From a virus, in IMG/VR virus record IMGVR_UViG_3300009163_000025, positions 24,349 to 88,348 of that record: a stretch of 64,000 nucleotides of DNA. The stretch is one strand, 5' to 3'. Below are positions 34,850 through 44,171 of the stretch, in pieces (the stretch's first letter is position 1; every line of letters starts with the position of its first letter). The translations under genes and the position numbers were made by a program. The notes under the pieces are model-generated. The model was not told the DNA's origin. It saw only the letters and a program-made list of their open reading frames with translations, and did no database searches.

Positions 34850-35569
34850 TTATTTCCAGTATTTTGAATAATCAATATTATTCCAATACTTTTCATTATT
34901 ACGATTCCAAAAATTCTTAATAAGATACCAAGTCATACCTGTATATCCCATTATTTCAAATCTTCTACTATCTTGACCAAAATGATGATTCATTAATTTA
35001 AATTTTTTCGGATCATATTTTTTCGATAGAAAAAAATCTTCGCTTACTTTATACTTCTCAGAAAATCCATCAAATTCTCTAAATTTATCTGTTCTAGTTA
35101 ACATGAAAGCACCAACAGCAAAAGGAACTTTATATTTCATAATACTGTTGATTGTGTTAAACAATGTAAATCCAATTTGTGTTCTAACATTTCCATCATA
35201 GCATTTAATTTTTAATCCTATAAGATCCAAATTTTTTGATTCAATTGTATTGACAGCATCTCGTATTGCATTATTCTTAAAGAAACGAACATCCGCATCG
35301 AGAAATAGTATATATGGTGTCGTAACTAACTTGGCACCACTATTCTTAGCAAATGAAACTGTACCACCGTCAATAATTTCAACGTTCAACTCACCTTTCA
35401 TCATTTGAATAACCCATCGTGTATTGTCCGTGGAACAATCGGCAATAATGATTCTTGTATTTCCAATTTCTTGTAGACGCAAAGATTCTAATAAATGATG
35501 AATATAATTTTCTTCATTTTTACAAGGAACAACTATTGTAATTTTTTCTTCTACGATACTTCTTGACAT
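34850..35569 (-). CDS. GT2 glycosyltransferase
   Basis: VVPCKNE, DCSTD, FLDAD and SED motifs. Confidence 0.88.
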   Translation of the reverse strand: MSRSIVEEKITIVVPCKNEENYIHHLLESLRLQEIGNTRIIIADCSTDNTRWVIQMMKGELNVEIIDGGTVSFAKNSGAKLVTTPYILFLDADVRFFKNNAIRDAVNTIESKNLDLIGLKIKCYDGNVRTQIGFTLFNTINSIMKYKVPFAVGAFMLTRTDKFREFDGFSEKYKVSEDFFLSKKYDPKKFKLMNHHFGQDSRRFEIMGYTGMTWYLIKNFWNRNNEKYWNNIDYSKYWK

Positions 35570-36330
35570 TTTGTTTGATCTTCTACAGTTACTATTTTTT
35601 CCCAATGAATAATTTCCCACGTACCATTCATGTTTTCAACCAATGCTGTACAAGATTCTACCCAATCACCATCATTCATATAAATGATTCCGTCTATTTC
35701 TTTTATTTCTGCATGATGTATATGTCCACATATAACACCATCATAACCACGCTTCTTACAGTAGCCCGCTAAATTCTTTTCGAACTGAAATATAAAATCT
35801 ACTGCTTTTTTGACTTTGTGCTTAAGGAATTTACTAAGACTAAAGTACCCAAAACCAAAACGATGACGTATCCAATTGAACTTACTATTGAGCGATAAAA
35901 TGAAATCATATGCTTTATCTCCTAAAAATGCTAGCCACGGTGCTAATCTTGTTATACCATCAAACAAGTCACCGTGAGTAACAAGATAATGTTTACCATC
36001 AATACCAATGTGTTCTATTTGATTGTGTATTTCTACTAAACCAAAACTAAAACCATATGGTATCATCGGTCTTAGAAATTCATCATGGTTGCCCGCAATG
36101 TAAAGAACTCTAGTACCACGTTTAGCATGACCTAATACTCTACGAACAACATTCGTATGACTTTGTTTCCATCGCCATTTGTTCTGTTGAATTCGCCACG
36201 CATCTATTATATCACCGACAAGATAAAGTGTATCACACTTATTATGTTTCAAAAAATTATTTAAAAAATCCGCTTTACAGTCATTCGTACCCAAATGCAC
36301 ATCACTAATGAATATGCTTTTGTATTTCAT
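35551..36330 (-). CDS. PlcP/LpxH-like metallophosphoesterase
   Basis: SDVHLG, VGDIID, GNHDE, HGD, CGHIH and NDGDWVES motifs. Confidence 0.88.
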   Translation of the reverse strand: MKYKSIFISDVHLGTNDCKADFLNNFLKHNKCDTLYLVGDIIDAWRIQQNKWRWKQSHTNVVRRVLGHAKRGTRVLYIAGNHDEFLRPMIPYGFSFGLVEIHNQIEHIGIDGKHYLVTHGDLFDGITRLAPWLAFLGDKAYDFILSLNSKFNWIRHRFGFGYFSLSKFLKHKVKKAVDFIFQFEKNLAGYCKKRGYDGVICGHIHHAEIKEIDGIIYMNDGDWVESCTALVENMNGTWEIIHWEKIVTVEDQTKCQEVS

Positions 36331-36332
36331 TT

Positions 36333-38114
36333 TTAACCTTCACATGCAAGACACGCATCGCCATCAATAAGTGCTTTCATATCTAATTCTTTAATTACTT
36401 CACGTTCAATGCGTTTTGATACTTTGTCTGCTTTACCAATCTTTTCTGAACGGCAATAGTACAATGTCTTCAAGCCTTGTTTCCACGCTTGAAAGTGTAC
36501 TGCATGTAAATATTTAATGTTTACATCAGGACGAAAAAACAAATTCAATGATTGTGCTTGGTCAATATACTCTTGTCTATCTGCGGCATGATTGACTAAC
36601 CAACGTTGGTCAATCTCCATAGATGTTTTGAATACATCTTTCTGCCAATCATCTAAAATATCTAAGTGCTGTACGCTACCATCATTTGCGATAATACTAG
36701 ACCAGACTGTTTGATATTCATCATCTGATTTTACTACACTCTTGATGATTCTGTCAAGCCACTTGTTCTTGGCTAATGATGACCCCGATAAAGTGTCCTG
36801 ACGATAAGCATTAGCACGATAAGGTTCGATACTAGGGCTAGTATTTCCCATGATGATAGACGAAGAAGCATTTGGAGCAACAGCCATAAGATGACTGAAA
36901 CGTTGACCAGTGCCAACAGCATCAAGAGCCTCGCCTCGCTCTTTACCCAATTTAAGATTCGCATCATTGAGTTGTTCCCTTATGTGTTTGAAGATTTGTT
37001 TGTTTCTTCCGACTGCAAGTGCGGATTCGAACGGCACGTTATTTCGTTGTAGATAAGCATGAAACCCAAGAGCGCCGATGCCAATACTGCGCTCACGTAT
37101 GGCAGAGAACCTTGCACGTTCAACGGCGGCAGGAGCATTATCGATAAAATACTGAAGAACATTATCAAGCATTTCTGCAATATCAGCAAGGAATAGAGGA
37201 TCATTTTTCCACTCATCATAGTACTCCAAGTTAACTGAAGACAAACAACATACTGCTGTTCTATCTTTATCTGTAGGCAAAATAATTTCAGAACAAAGAT
37301 TACTTTGCTTAATACTTAGTCCCAAGTCTTTTTGAAACTGTGGCATAGCACGATTGCTTGCGTCAATGAAGTGTAGATATGGTTCACCAGTCTGCATACG
37401 AATGTCAAGTATACGTTGCCACAAATCTTTAGCAGAAACAACTTCACGCAATTCATTACTGTGTGGGTCTCTTAATTCCCAAGAATCATCTGCGTCTTTA
37501 TCTTGCATACAATTCTCAACGATTTGCATGAATGAATCTGGAATGTTGATGCCGTGATGCAAGTTCAATGTACGTAAATTGGGATCGCCCGTAGGCTTTC
37601 TCATTTCAAGAAATAGAAGAATGTCTGGATGAGAAATATCAAGATAAGTAGCATAGGAACCACGGCGAGTCCTACCTTGTCTATAAGCGAGAGATGATGC
37701 GTCATATGTGCGAAGGTGCGGCATGACTCCAACCGATTTATCATCCGAACTGCGAATGCCGACACCGATGCCGACACCACCACCCAACATCGATAACCAA
37801 TTGACTTCAGCGAGGCAATTGACAAGCCCTTCTGCACTATCGTGTAGATATGGAAGAAAACATGAAATAGGGAGCCCACGACTACTGCGACCAAAAGAAA
37901 GAATGGGAGTAGAATAAGACAACCAATGCCTACTGCTGTATTCGTATAATCGCTGTGCGTGTTCTGGATTGGAACCAAACGCTTTTGATACATGTGCAAA
38001 TCTTTCTTGTGGAGAAGTTTCATCTTCTCTCATATAACTTTCTTTTAATCGTTTAATTCCTAATTCATCAAACAATGAATCTCTACTATAATCGATTACG
38101 ATTTCTTTTGTCAT
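36333..38114 (-). CDS. nrdA: class Ia ribonucleotide reductase alpha subunit (no ATP cone)
   Basis: SCF, SNLCSEI, APNASSS, KTLYY and C-terminal CLAC motifs. Confidence 0.95.
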   Translation of the reverse strand: MTKEIVIDYSRDSLFDELGIKRLKESYMREDETSPQERFAHVSKAFGSNPEHAQRLYEYSSRHWLSYSTPILSFGRSSRGLPISCFLPYLHDSAEGLVNCLAEVNWLSMLGGGVGIGVGIRSSDDKSVGVMPHLRTYDASSLAYRQGRTRRGSYATYLDISHPDILLFLEMRKPTGDPNLRTLNLHHGINIPDSFMQIVENCMQDKDADDSWELRDPHSNELREVVSAKDLWQRILDIRMQTGEPYLHFIDASNRAMPQFQKDLGLSIKQSNLCSEIILPTDKDRTAVCCLSSVNLEYYDEWKNDPLFLADIAEMLDNVLQYFIDNAPAAVERARFSAIRERSIGIGALGFHAYLQRNNVPFESALAVGRNKQIFKHIREQLNDANLKLGKERGEALDAVGTGQRFSHLMAVAPNASSSIIMGNTSPSIEPYRANAYRQDTLSGSSLAKNKWLDRIIKSVVKSDDEYQTVWSSIIANDGSVQHLDILDDWQKDVFKTSMEIDQRWLVNHAADRQEYIDQAQSLNLFFRPDVNIKYLHAVHFQAWKQGLKTLYYCRSEKIGKADKVSKRIEREVIKELDMKALIDGDACLACEG

Positions 38115-38822
38115 TCAATTTCCTTCTCTTATACTTTTAATTATTGGAAATACATTTGCAATTACTTCTGCACATGCTCTTGCAATCTCTGCGTGTTCTT
38201 TTTGTGTTCCATTACCATCTCTCAAATCAATGTAGTGAATCCATGATCTAAGTGTACCATTCACATACAATCTTGATACAGTAAGTCCTTCTGGCAATAC
38301 TGCTCTTGCTTGTTCTTTTGCAATACCATTCTTAATCGCCCACTCATATTCTTTTTTAACTGCGTATAGCACTCGCTTTTGAGAACGTTCCCAGTCATAT
38401 GCTAATAGTCTTTGCTTTTCATCAGACATATCAAGTTCTACAGAATTCTGACGATTCTTTGTATCCTGCATTCTCGCTTCACGCAAAACAAATGCGTTAT
38501 CTAACTCTGCTGTTGGATCTGCGTATCGTTGACTAAATTCTTGAAACGAAAAACTTCTATGTCTCAAGAGTTGTCTTGCAATGTCTCTTGTTGTCTCAAC
38601 TTCAATACATGCGGAGACCATTTCCAGTGGACTCCAATGCTTGTGTTTGATGAGGTATTTGATGAGTCTTTCTGAAGTTTCAGAATTGACTTGATTGGAG
38701 GGATTAGAGACTCTTGCACAATATGCAACGAGGTCTTGTAAGTTTGGTAGTTCGAATTCAAATTCATCTTGTTTACTCGGATCGATTGCTTGTTGTGAAT
38801 AACTTATTAATTTTACGCTCAT
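38115..38822 (-). CDS. thyX: FAD-dependent thymidylate synthase
   Basis: HWSPLE and RHRSFSFQEFSQRY motifs. Confidence 0.95.
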   Translation of the reverse strand: MSVKLISYSQQAIDPSKQDEFEFELPNLQDLVAYCARVSNPSNQVNSETSERLIKYLIKHKHWSPLEMVSACIEVETTRDIARQLLRHRSFSFQEFSQRYADPTAELDNAFVLREARMQDTKNRQNSVELDMSDEKQRLLAYDWERSQKRVLYAVKKEYEWAIKNGIAKEQARAVLPEGLTVSRLYVNGTLRSWIHYIDLRDGNGTQKEHAEIARACAEVIANVFPIIKSIREGN

Positions 38823-39841
38823 CTTAACTTCCATATGTTGAATTCGAGTAATGCTTTGGGACCAGAAAAAGTATTTTTATTTATTGTCTCAATGATTTCA
38901 TCTTGAGTTTTATCTGCAAGAATCATCTCATTAATATCTTTTTCTTTGTATGATTTAGGCCAAATACAGACGCTTGCGCCTGCATCAATTGCATCTCCAA
39001 TTTCTTTTACGATTTCTTTATTTCTAGGTTCATTGTCATAGATAAGAACTAACTTATCTTTAGGCAAATGATTTAATGCATACTTTAAATTAGAGTTTCC
39101 AACTGCGACTGCATTTGGAAGAAACAAACTATCAATAGGTCCTTCAGTAACAAAAATAGTCTGTGATCTATCTATCCCATTCATATTGTAAATCATAGGC
39201 AAATCATCTTTTATTTTCACTACAAGATATCTTTGTTTCTCACCACGCAATGCACGGCACGAAAGTCCAACTAGTTCGTTTTCACTATCATAAAAAGGCA
39301 ATACAAGTCTAGGCTCATTCGTTACAATTTTATCATCATAGTTTGGTGAAAATAACTTTAACTTTTGAACATCTTCAACATAGTATAAAGTCTTTAATTT
39401 ATCATTTGGGATTTTTCTAGAACGTGCGTAAACAAGGGATTCATGATTCTCATTAAATTTAATTATCGCAGTCAATACGCCTTTGAAGTTATCAGACTTA
39501 TTACTACCGAATACGACAGGCTTAAAAATGAATCCGTGTTCTTTGTGTGCTTTGCGACCCGTGTCACCTTCTTTGTATCGTTCTAAACAATACTCTTTAT
39601 ATAAGTTGGGATCAATGGCTTTGATAAGATTTCCGAGTGACATACTAGCCGAACAATTGTGGCACTTGTAAAATAGCCCACCTTTTTTGGCAAAAATATA
39701 ACCCCTCGCTTTGTTACGATTCGTTTGAGAATCTCCACAAATGGGGCATCGGAAATTGTAAGTGTAATCGTCCTTACGAACGAATTTGTCCAGACGGACA
39801 GAGAGTGTACCAACGTACTTTTGATCAACCCAAATACTCAT
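38819..39841 (-). CDS. DNA primase (T4 gp61-like)
   Basis: CPICGDS...CHNC zinc finger; EGPIDS and DNE TOPRIM motifs. Confidence 0.93.
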   Translation of the reverse strand: MSIWVDQKYVGTLSVRLDKFVRKDDYTYNFRCPICGDSQTNRNKARGYIFAKKGGLFYKCHNCSASMSLGNLIKAIDPNLYKEYCLERYKEGDTGRKAHKEHGFIFKPVVFGSNKSDNFKGVLTAIIKFNENHESLVYARSRKIPNDKLKTLYYVEDVQKLKLFSPNYDDKIVTNEPRLVLPFYDSENELVGLSCRALRGEKQRYLVVKIKDDLPMIYNMNGIDRSQTIFVTEGPIDSLFLPNAVAVGNSNLKYALNHLPKDKLVLIYDNEPRNKEIVKEIGDAIDAGASVCIWPKSYKEKDINEMILADKTQDEIIETINKNTFSGPKALLEFNIWKLR

Positions 39842-39868
39842 AAATGTTTCTCATAATATACAAATTTT

Positions 39869-39908
39869 ACGTAATGTACATTATAACGTACATTACGTGA
39901 GAAGTCAA
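39869..39908 (-). promoter_or_regulatory. primase promoter with an inverted repeat around the -10
   Basis: TTGACT-N17-TATAAT; 11-bp arms at 39869-39879 and 39888-39898. Confidence 0.65.
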
Positions 39909-39909
39909 G

Positions 39910-40338
39910 TTAACCGAAAATCTTTGATATATGTTCGATTTTAATATTGGATAGTACCCATGCAAGAACTACGATGCCACCAGCGGCCATCCATTTCCAT
40001 TCCATAATTTTACGCAATTCGTTATCTTCTTTACGATTGTGTTCCTGAATTTCTTCACGTAATGCTTTAATCTCATCCATAATTCTACGTTCTGTCAATT
40101 CGACTTTATCTGACACATCACGACTGATTGTAGTAATTCTAGAATGTAATTCTTTGATATCTGCGTTTGTATCCGATTTTCTTTTTTCCATATCGTTGTA
40201 AATTTGATTGACCATACGGTCGTGGTTATCTACCAGTTTTTCGATAACTGAGTCCATTTTACCACATAACTGTGTGAGTGTCAAGATTTGATTCTTTAAC
40301 ACTTCAACATCTACTTTTATTTCTACCAGGTCACTCAT
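39910..40338 (-). CDS. coiled-coil protein with C-terminal TM
   Basis: Heptads then WKWMAAGGIVVLAW; next to the spanins. Confidence 0.7.
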   Translation of the reverse strand: MSDLVEIKVDVEVLKNQILTLTQLCGKMDSVIEKLVDNHDRMVNQIYNDMEKRKSDTNADIKELHSRITTISRDVSDKVELTERRIMDEIKALREEIQEHNRKEDNELRKIMEWKWMAAGGIVVLAWVLSNIKIEHISKIFG

Positions 40339-40607
40339 TTCTTTAATGTCTCGAAAATTATTTTTTGAGTTTCGTACCATTCTATCCAAGCATCGTTTCT
40401 AACTGCACATTCGTAATACGTTGTATAGTTTTCGGTTATTATCTTGGCCATGTCGGACAATTTAGCCTCTTCGTTTAAAGTTTTTAACTGAGGGCATCTG
40501 ACTTTTATTCTGTCTGGCGCATCAGGAAATTTTACTGTTACGGGAACGACAGTTGAACACCCTGTTACTAATATAAGCAATAAAGGTGCAAGGTATTTAT
40601 TTAACAT
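40335..40607 (-). CDS. o-spanin (Rz1-like lipoprotein)
   Basis: Lipobox VTGC, Pro-rich segment, C..R...W motif. Confidence 0.75.
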   Translation of the reverse strand: MLNKYLAPLLLILVTGCSTVVPVTVKFPDAPDRIKVRCPQLKTLNEEAKLSDMAKIITENYTTYYECAVRNDAWIEWYETQKIIFETLKK

Positions 40608-41052
40608 CTCTACGCTCCTTTGCCGCATCATTATGTGCTATGAAAAATTCTTTAGGTAACTCACATATACCACCTGGTGCAAATTTAGCGTCATACTTTA
40701 CAACTTCTCTGTCAACATACTTTATGACTTCGTTACCTTGCACTCTAACGATTTCAAGTTTCTTAACTACTTTTTCAACAATCTTTATATTTTCTTTGGC
40801 AGACTGCACTTGAACTTCTGCAACTTTTGCTTCAACATCTTTTACTTTAGCAAGCCATGCGTTATTGTCTGCTATAGCACCAAGCATGTATGTACCAAAA
40901 CATAATGCAATAACAGATAACAACTGAATTGGGATTCTATACGTTGATAGAAATGGAATAAATTTTAAAGCATATGTCGCAAGCAGTCCGAGAAATCCTC
41001 CAAAGAAGATTACACCGAAAACCCAATTAGGCAACCACTCTAAAATCCACAT
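40597..41052 (-). CDS. i-spanin (Rz-like)
   Basis: N-terminal TMs, coiled coil, C-terminal Cys; overlaps the o-spanin. Confidence 0.7.
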   Translation of the reverse strand: MWILEWLPNWVFGVIFFGGFLGLLATYALKFIPFLSTYRIPIQLLSVIALCFGTYMLGAIADNNAWLAKVKDVEAKVAEVQVQSAKENIKIVEKVVKKLEIVRVQGNEVIKYVDREVVKYDAKFAPGGICELPKEFFIAHNDAAKERRDVK

Positions 41053-41057
41053 AGTGA

Positions 41058-41177
41058 TTACTCTTTACTTGCGAATAGAGAACGTACTTTGTCTTCTATT
41101 GTTTTAGCCCATGCTGGTTGTGGAAAGTGCCAACCAACAAATGCACCGATTAAAATCCAAAAAATTGTTTCTAACAT
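41058..41177 (-). CDS. small membrane protein (39 aa)
   Basis: Hand translation MLETIFWILIGAFVGWHFPQPAWAK... Confidence 0.6.
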   Translation of the reverse strand: MLETIFWILIGAFVGWHFPQPAWAKTIEDKVRSLFASKE

Positions 41178-41178
41178 T

Positions 41179-41871
41179 TCATTTCCTTTCGAATTGTTCT
41201 GTAAACATTCCGCTACGCCCATAGCGTAAGAATGTCATAGCACCAGTCTTATCGTCTTGAAGAATGATTGGACGCTTTGGATACTTTCTTCCGTATTGTC
41301 TAATTGCATCACCAACTTCATCCGATCCAACATATTTCTCATACTTAAGATATTTCTTCTTACCTAATCGTGCTTTGTTGATTCGTTCTGTATCAACAAC
41401 AAACACATGATTCTTTCCAAATCTTCTTAAGAATGCGGCTTGTGCGCCTTTACCCATTGGGGGATCACCAGTGGTGCCTGCAATGTTTCCACCACCAACA
41501 GCATTTGCTGGTGCATCTTCTTCAACCTTTGCTTCAGTCAAATAACTTTGATTGTAGTATGCAACAAAGCCTTCTTCAAGTGTCTCTTCAGTTATATTCT
41601 TTTCTTCTTTAACAAGATACAATGCGGCCGCATAGTTTGCAAGTCTAGTTTTACCAAATGGTAATTTTTCTAAAACTTTTTTCAGTTTCAAAATTAATAG
41701 GTCAAATTTAGTGAACGAATTGTCTTGATCAATTGATCTCTTCTCTTGTGGAACGACAACATTACCCTCTGCATCAATGACACCAGTAGTGTATGCATCC
41801 CATTCAGTATATGGTGTAGTGAATAGTCTAAGTATTCTATACACCAAATATAAATCTACTAAATTTGCCAT
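41179..41871 (-). CDS. conserved T4-like late/virion protein
   Basis: WDAY..GVID.EGN and EEDAPANAVGGG motifs. Confidence 0.7.
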   Translation of the reverse strand: MANLVDLYLVYRILRLFTTPYTEWDAYTTGVIDAEGNVVVPQEKRSIDQDNSFTKFDLLILKLKKVLEKLPFGKTRLANYAAALYLVKEEKNITEETLEEGFVAYYNQSYLTEAKVEEDAPANAVGGGNIAGTTGDPPMGKGAQAAFLRRFGKNHVFVVDTERINKARLGKKKYLKYEKYVGSDEVGDAIRQYGRKYPKRPIILQDDKTGAMTFLRYGRSGMFTEQFERK

Positions 41872-42230
41872 TAAATCTTCTTCTTTAATTCGTTATACAA
41901 GCCTAAATCTAGATAGTCTAAATTTTCGGCATCGATATATTTTAGAAAGAGTAAAAATGCATTTAATATATCGTGATTGTGTTCATCAACTTTATACTGT
42001 AGCATGTTGACAGTTGCCTCTACTCCAAAAACATTTGAAAGAGAGATGATGTGATTAAGTATCAATCGCTCTTTCAGTTCTTTCTTATCTGCGTATTTGT
42101 TTATAAGTCTCTTAATGTACTTGATTGTTTTTAGATCATCAAGAAACTCTAGAACAGATATGCAATTTGGATTAAAATAATGACTTACTGCATACTCATC
42201 AAAATTGTCATCATTTAATAATATAGACAT
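41871..42230 (-). CDS. conserved T4-like hypothetical protein
   Basis: NPNC....EFLDDL and ERLILNHII motifs. Confidence 0.75.
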   Translation of the reverse strand: MSILLNDDNFDEYAVSHYFNPNCISVLEFLDDLKTIKYIKRLINKYADKKELKERLILNHIISLSNVFGVEATVNMLQYKVDEHNHDILNAFLLFLKYIDAENLDYLDLGLYNELKKKI

Positions 42231-42232
42231 TT

Positions 42233-42769
42233 TTAGAAGGTACTCAACGATACTCTCTTAATGTGTGTTGCGTTAGCGGCAATGTAAAGATAGTTTGCAT
42301 CCCACGTAATTGTACCTACACCCCAACCGACAGCAGTATTGTTACTGCTTGCTGGTGTTTGAGTTGTGCGAATACGAATTGCATCAGAATTGATATCAAG
42401 TGCTTCTGTTGGAGCATTTGTCATAATACCGATTGCATCAGCAGATGCATCAACATAAAACATGTTTGTTTGATTATCTGACGCAATCTTAGTGTCGGAA
42501 TCTGCACCAGTACTATTAATGCTAACGCCTTTAGTGATCGTTACATTATTTGATGTAGTGAGGGTGAAGTTGTTTGCTGTTAACGATGTATCGGCAGTTG
42601 ACGTTAGGTTAATAGTAGTTACACTTAGACCTGATGTTTTACCGAATAAATCTTCAACTGTGATTTTTTTACTGATTGGTGAACCTGATGGATCATCGAT
42701 GATTAGAAGTAAATCATTATTTGCTGGTGCAGTCAATGCTGTTAACTGCGTGACTTTTTTATCTGCCAT
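42233..42769 (-). CDS. virion fibre-like protein
   Basis: MADKKVTQLT start, Thr-rich, WDANYLYI motif. Confidence 0.7.
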   Translation of the reverse strand: MADKKVTQLTALTAPANNDLLLIIDDPSGSPISKKITVEDLFGKTSGLSVTTINLTSTADTSLTANNFTLTTSNNVTITKGVSINSTGADSDTKIASDNQTNMFYVDASADAIGIMTNAPTEALDINSDAIRIRTTQTPASSNNTAVGWGVGTITWDANYLYIAANATHIKRVSLSTF

Positions 42770-42831
42770 TTTTCTTCCTTAATGTAAACCCAATTGAATG
42801 GGAATGCTAATTCCGGGACTCGGACCAAAAG

Positions 42832-42858
42832 GGGCGATGGTTTTATCCATCACCCCAT
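42832..42858 (-). terminator. intrinsic terminator
   Basis: GGGGTGATGG-N6-CCATCGCCCC-TTTT. Confidence 0.7.
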
Positions 42859-42864
42859 ATAAGA

Positions 42865-43668
42865 TTAAACTGTTGTCAATGTTGCGTTTGAAGTTACAAC
42901 GTTCGCTGAAATACTTGGGCCAGACATTGTGCAACGGAATATTGCGTTGGAAAGTCCACCGCCACCAGCCGCAATCGTATTGTTTGCAATATTCAATGTT
43001 GCTGTATTTGAATTTGTGTATGTGCCAGTGTCTGTCAAGTTTACAAATGCTGAACTTGTGTTTGCGGCACGTTGCCATCTGTAATTCAAAGTATTTGCGG
43101 CTGGATAGATTATTGCACTAACCGTAAATGTAACAGCACTATTATTAGCGGCGCTACTATTACTTGGTTGTGTCAATATTCTAATAACGCTATCGCCAAA
43201 TACTGTATCTTCAGCATCACCAGTAATGCTGTTCATTGCAATTAAATTTTCAGATTTTCTACGGGCATTGCCGTGCATGTCTGTGTATGTGTATGCTAGT
43301 GTCCAACCTGCTTCACCTTGTGCGCCAGGACCCGCTTCGTTAGCATCAACACCAAAAAGTAATGTTGTGTTTGCTTGCTGTGAACTTTGAACAGTTGCAC
43401 TATTAGCGGCTAACCACTTTGGTGTGTCTTGTCCTGTAACACTTCCTGCAACGTTAGCCGCAGTCCATGCTGGTTCAAAAGTCAATACTGTATTGCTTGT
43501 GATTCCAACAATTTTGCGTCTTGTTCCAGCAAGAACAAATGTGTCACCAACTTCAACTTCTGTTGTAAAAACAGTTGATGTGCCTGTTAGTGTTGTAGTA
43601 TTAACAGTACTGTTTGCAAATGCAGTTCCTGTTAGGTTAAATGTATCTCTGCTTCCCCATAGTGCCAT
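42865..43668 (-). CDS. virion surface protein with C-terminal Ig-like domain
   Basis: ILTQPS, YRWQ and TSNATLT Ig motifs; late promoter TATAAATA at 43721-43728. Confidence 0.75.
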   Translation of the reverse strand: MALWGSRDTFNLTGTAFANSTVNTTTLTGTSTVFTTEVEVGDTFVLAGTRRKIVGITSNTVLTFEPAWTAANVAGSVTGQDTPKWLAANSATVQSSQQANTTLLFGVDANEAGPGAQGEAGWTLAYTYTDMHGNARRKSENLIAMNSITGDAEDTVFGDSVIRILTQPSNSSAANNSAVTFTVSAIIYPAANTLNYRWQRAANTSSAFVNLTDTGTYTNSNTATLNIANNTIAAGGGGLSNAIFRCTMSGPSISANVVTSNATLTTV

Positions 43669-43679
43669 GGTGTTCTCCT

Positions 43680-44171
43680 TTAATATCCTAGTTTTCTTAA
43701 TTGTGAAATAGTGTTCATACTATTTATATGTCTTATTCCAATTCCTCCTGCTGAAACCCATTCTTTGATGTTTTTTTCGTAATCATCAATCAAAAGATTT
43801 GGTTTTCCTTCATTTGTGACTGCAAATTTTCGCTTATCTTCCCTAGGAACAAGGTAAATATGCTCAACTGTGCCCAAATGTTTTCTGACCCATTCAATCT
43901 TTTCGGGTTTGCATGAAGCCATGCGTTTTGATGGTGTAGATAATATATATGGATTATAAGATTTTATATATCTCCACAACATCATAGCATCAGGCATCGG
44001 TTCTAGATTAGCCCAAAATTTTGGCACCTTACTGAGTGCTTCCCATTTTAAATCTTTTTCTGTGTGCTGAAAAGTCTCTAGTCCTTGTGCGGTTAGTACT
44101 TTGTTAGCACCACCCATAAAGTTGACTAGAACCTGATCCATGTCACAATAGATTTGCGGTAGTTCGTTCAT
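43680..44171 (-). CDS. HAD-superfamily phosphatase (5'-nucleotidase type)
   Basis: CDMDQV and LLIDD motifs. Confidence 0.85.
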   Translation of the reverse strand: MNELPQIYCDMDQVLVNFMGGANKVLTAQGLETFQHTEKDLKWEALSKVPKFWANLEPMPDAMMLWRYIKSYNPYILSTPSKRMASCKPEKIEWVRKHLGTVEHIYLVPREDKRKFAVTNEGKPNLLIDDYEKNIKEWVSAGGIGIRHINSMNTISQLRKLGY

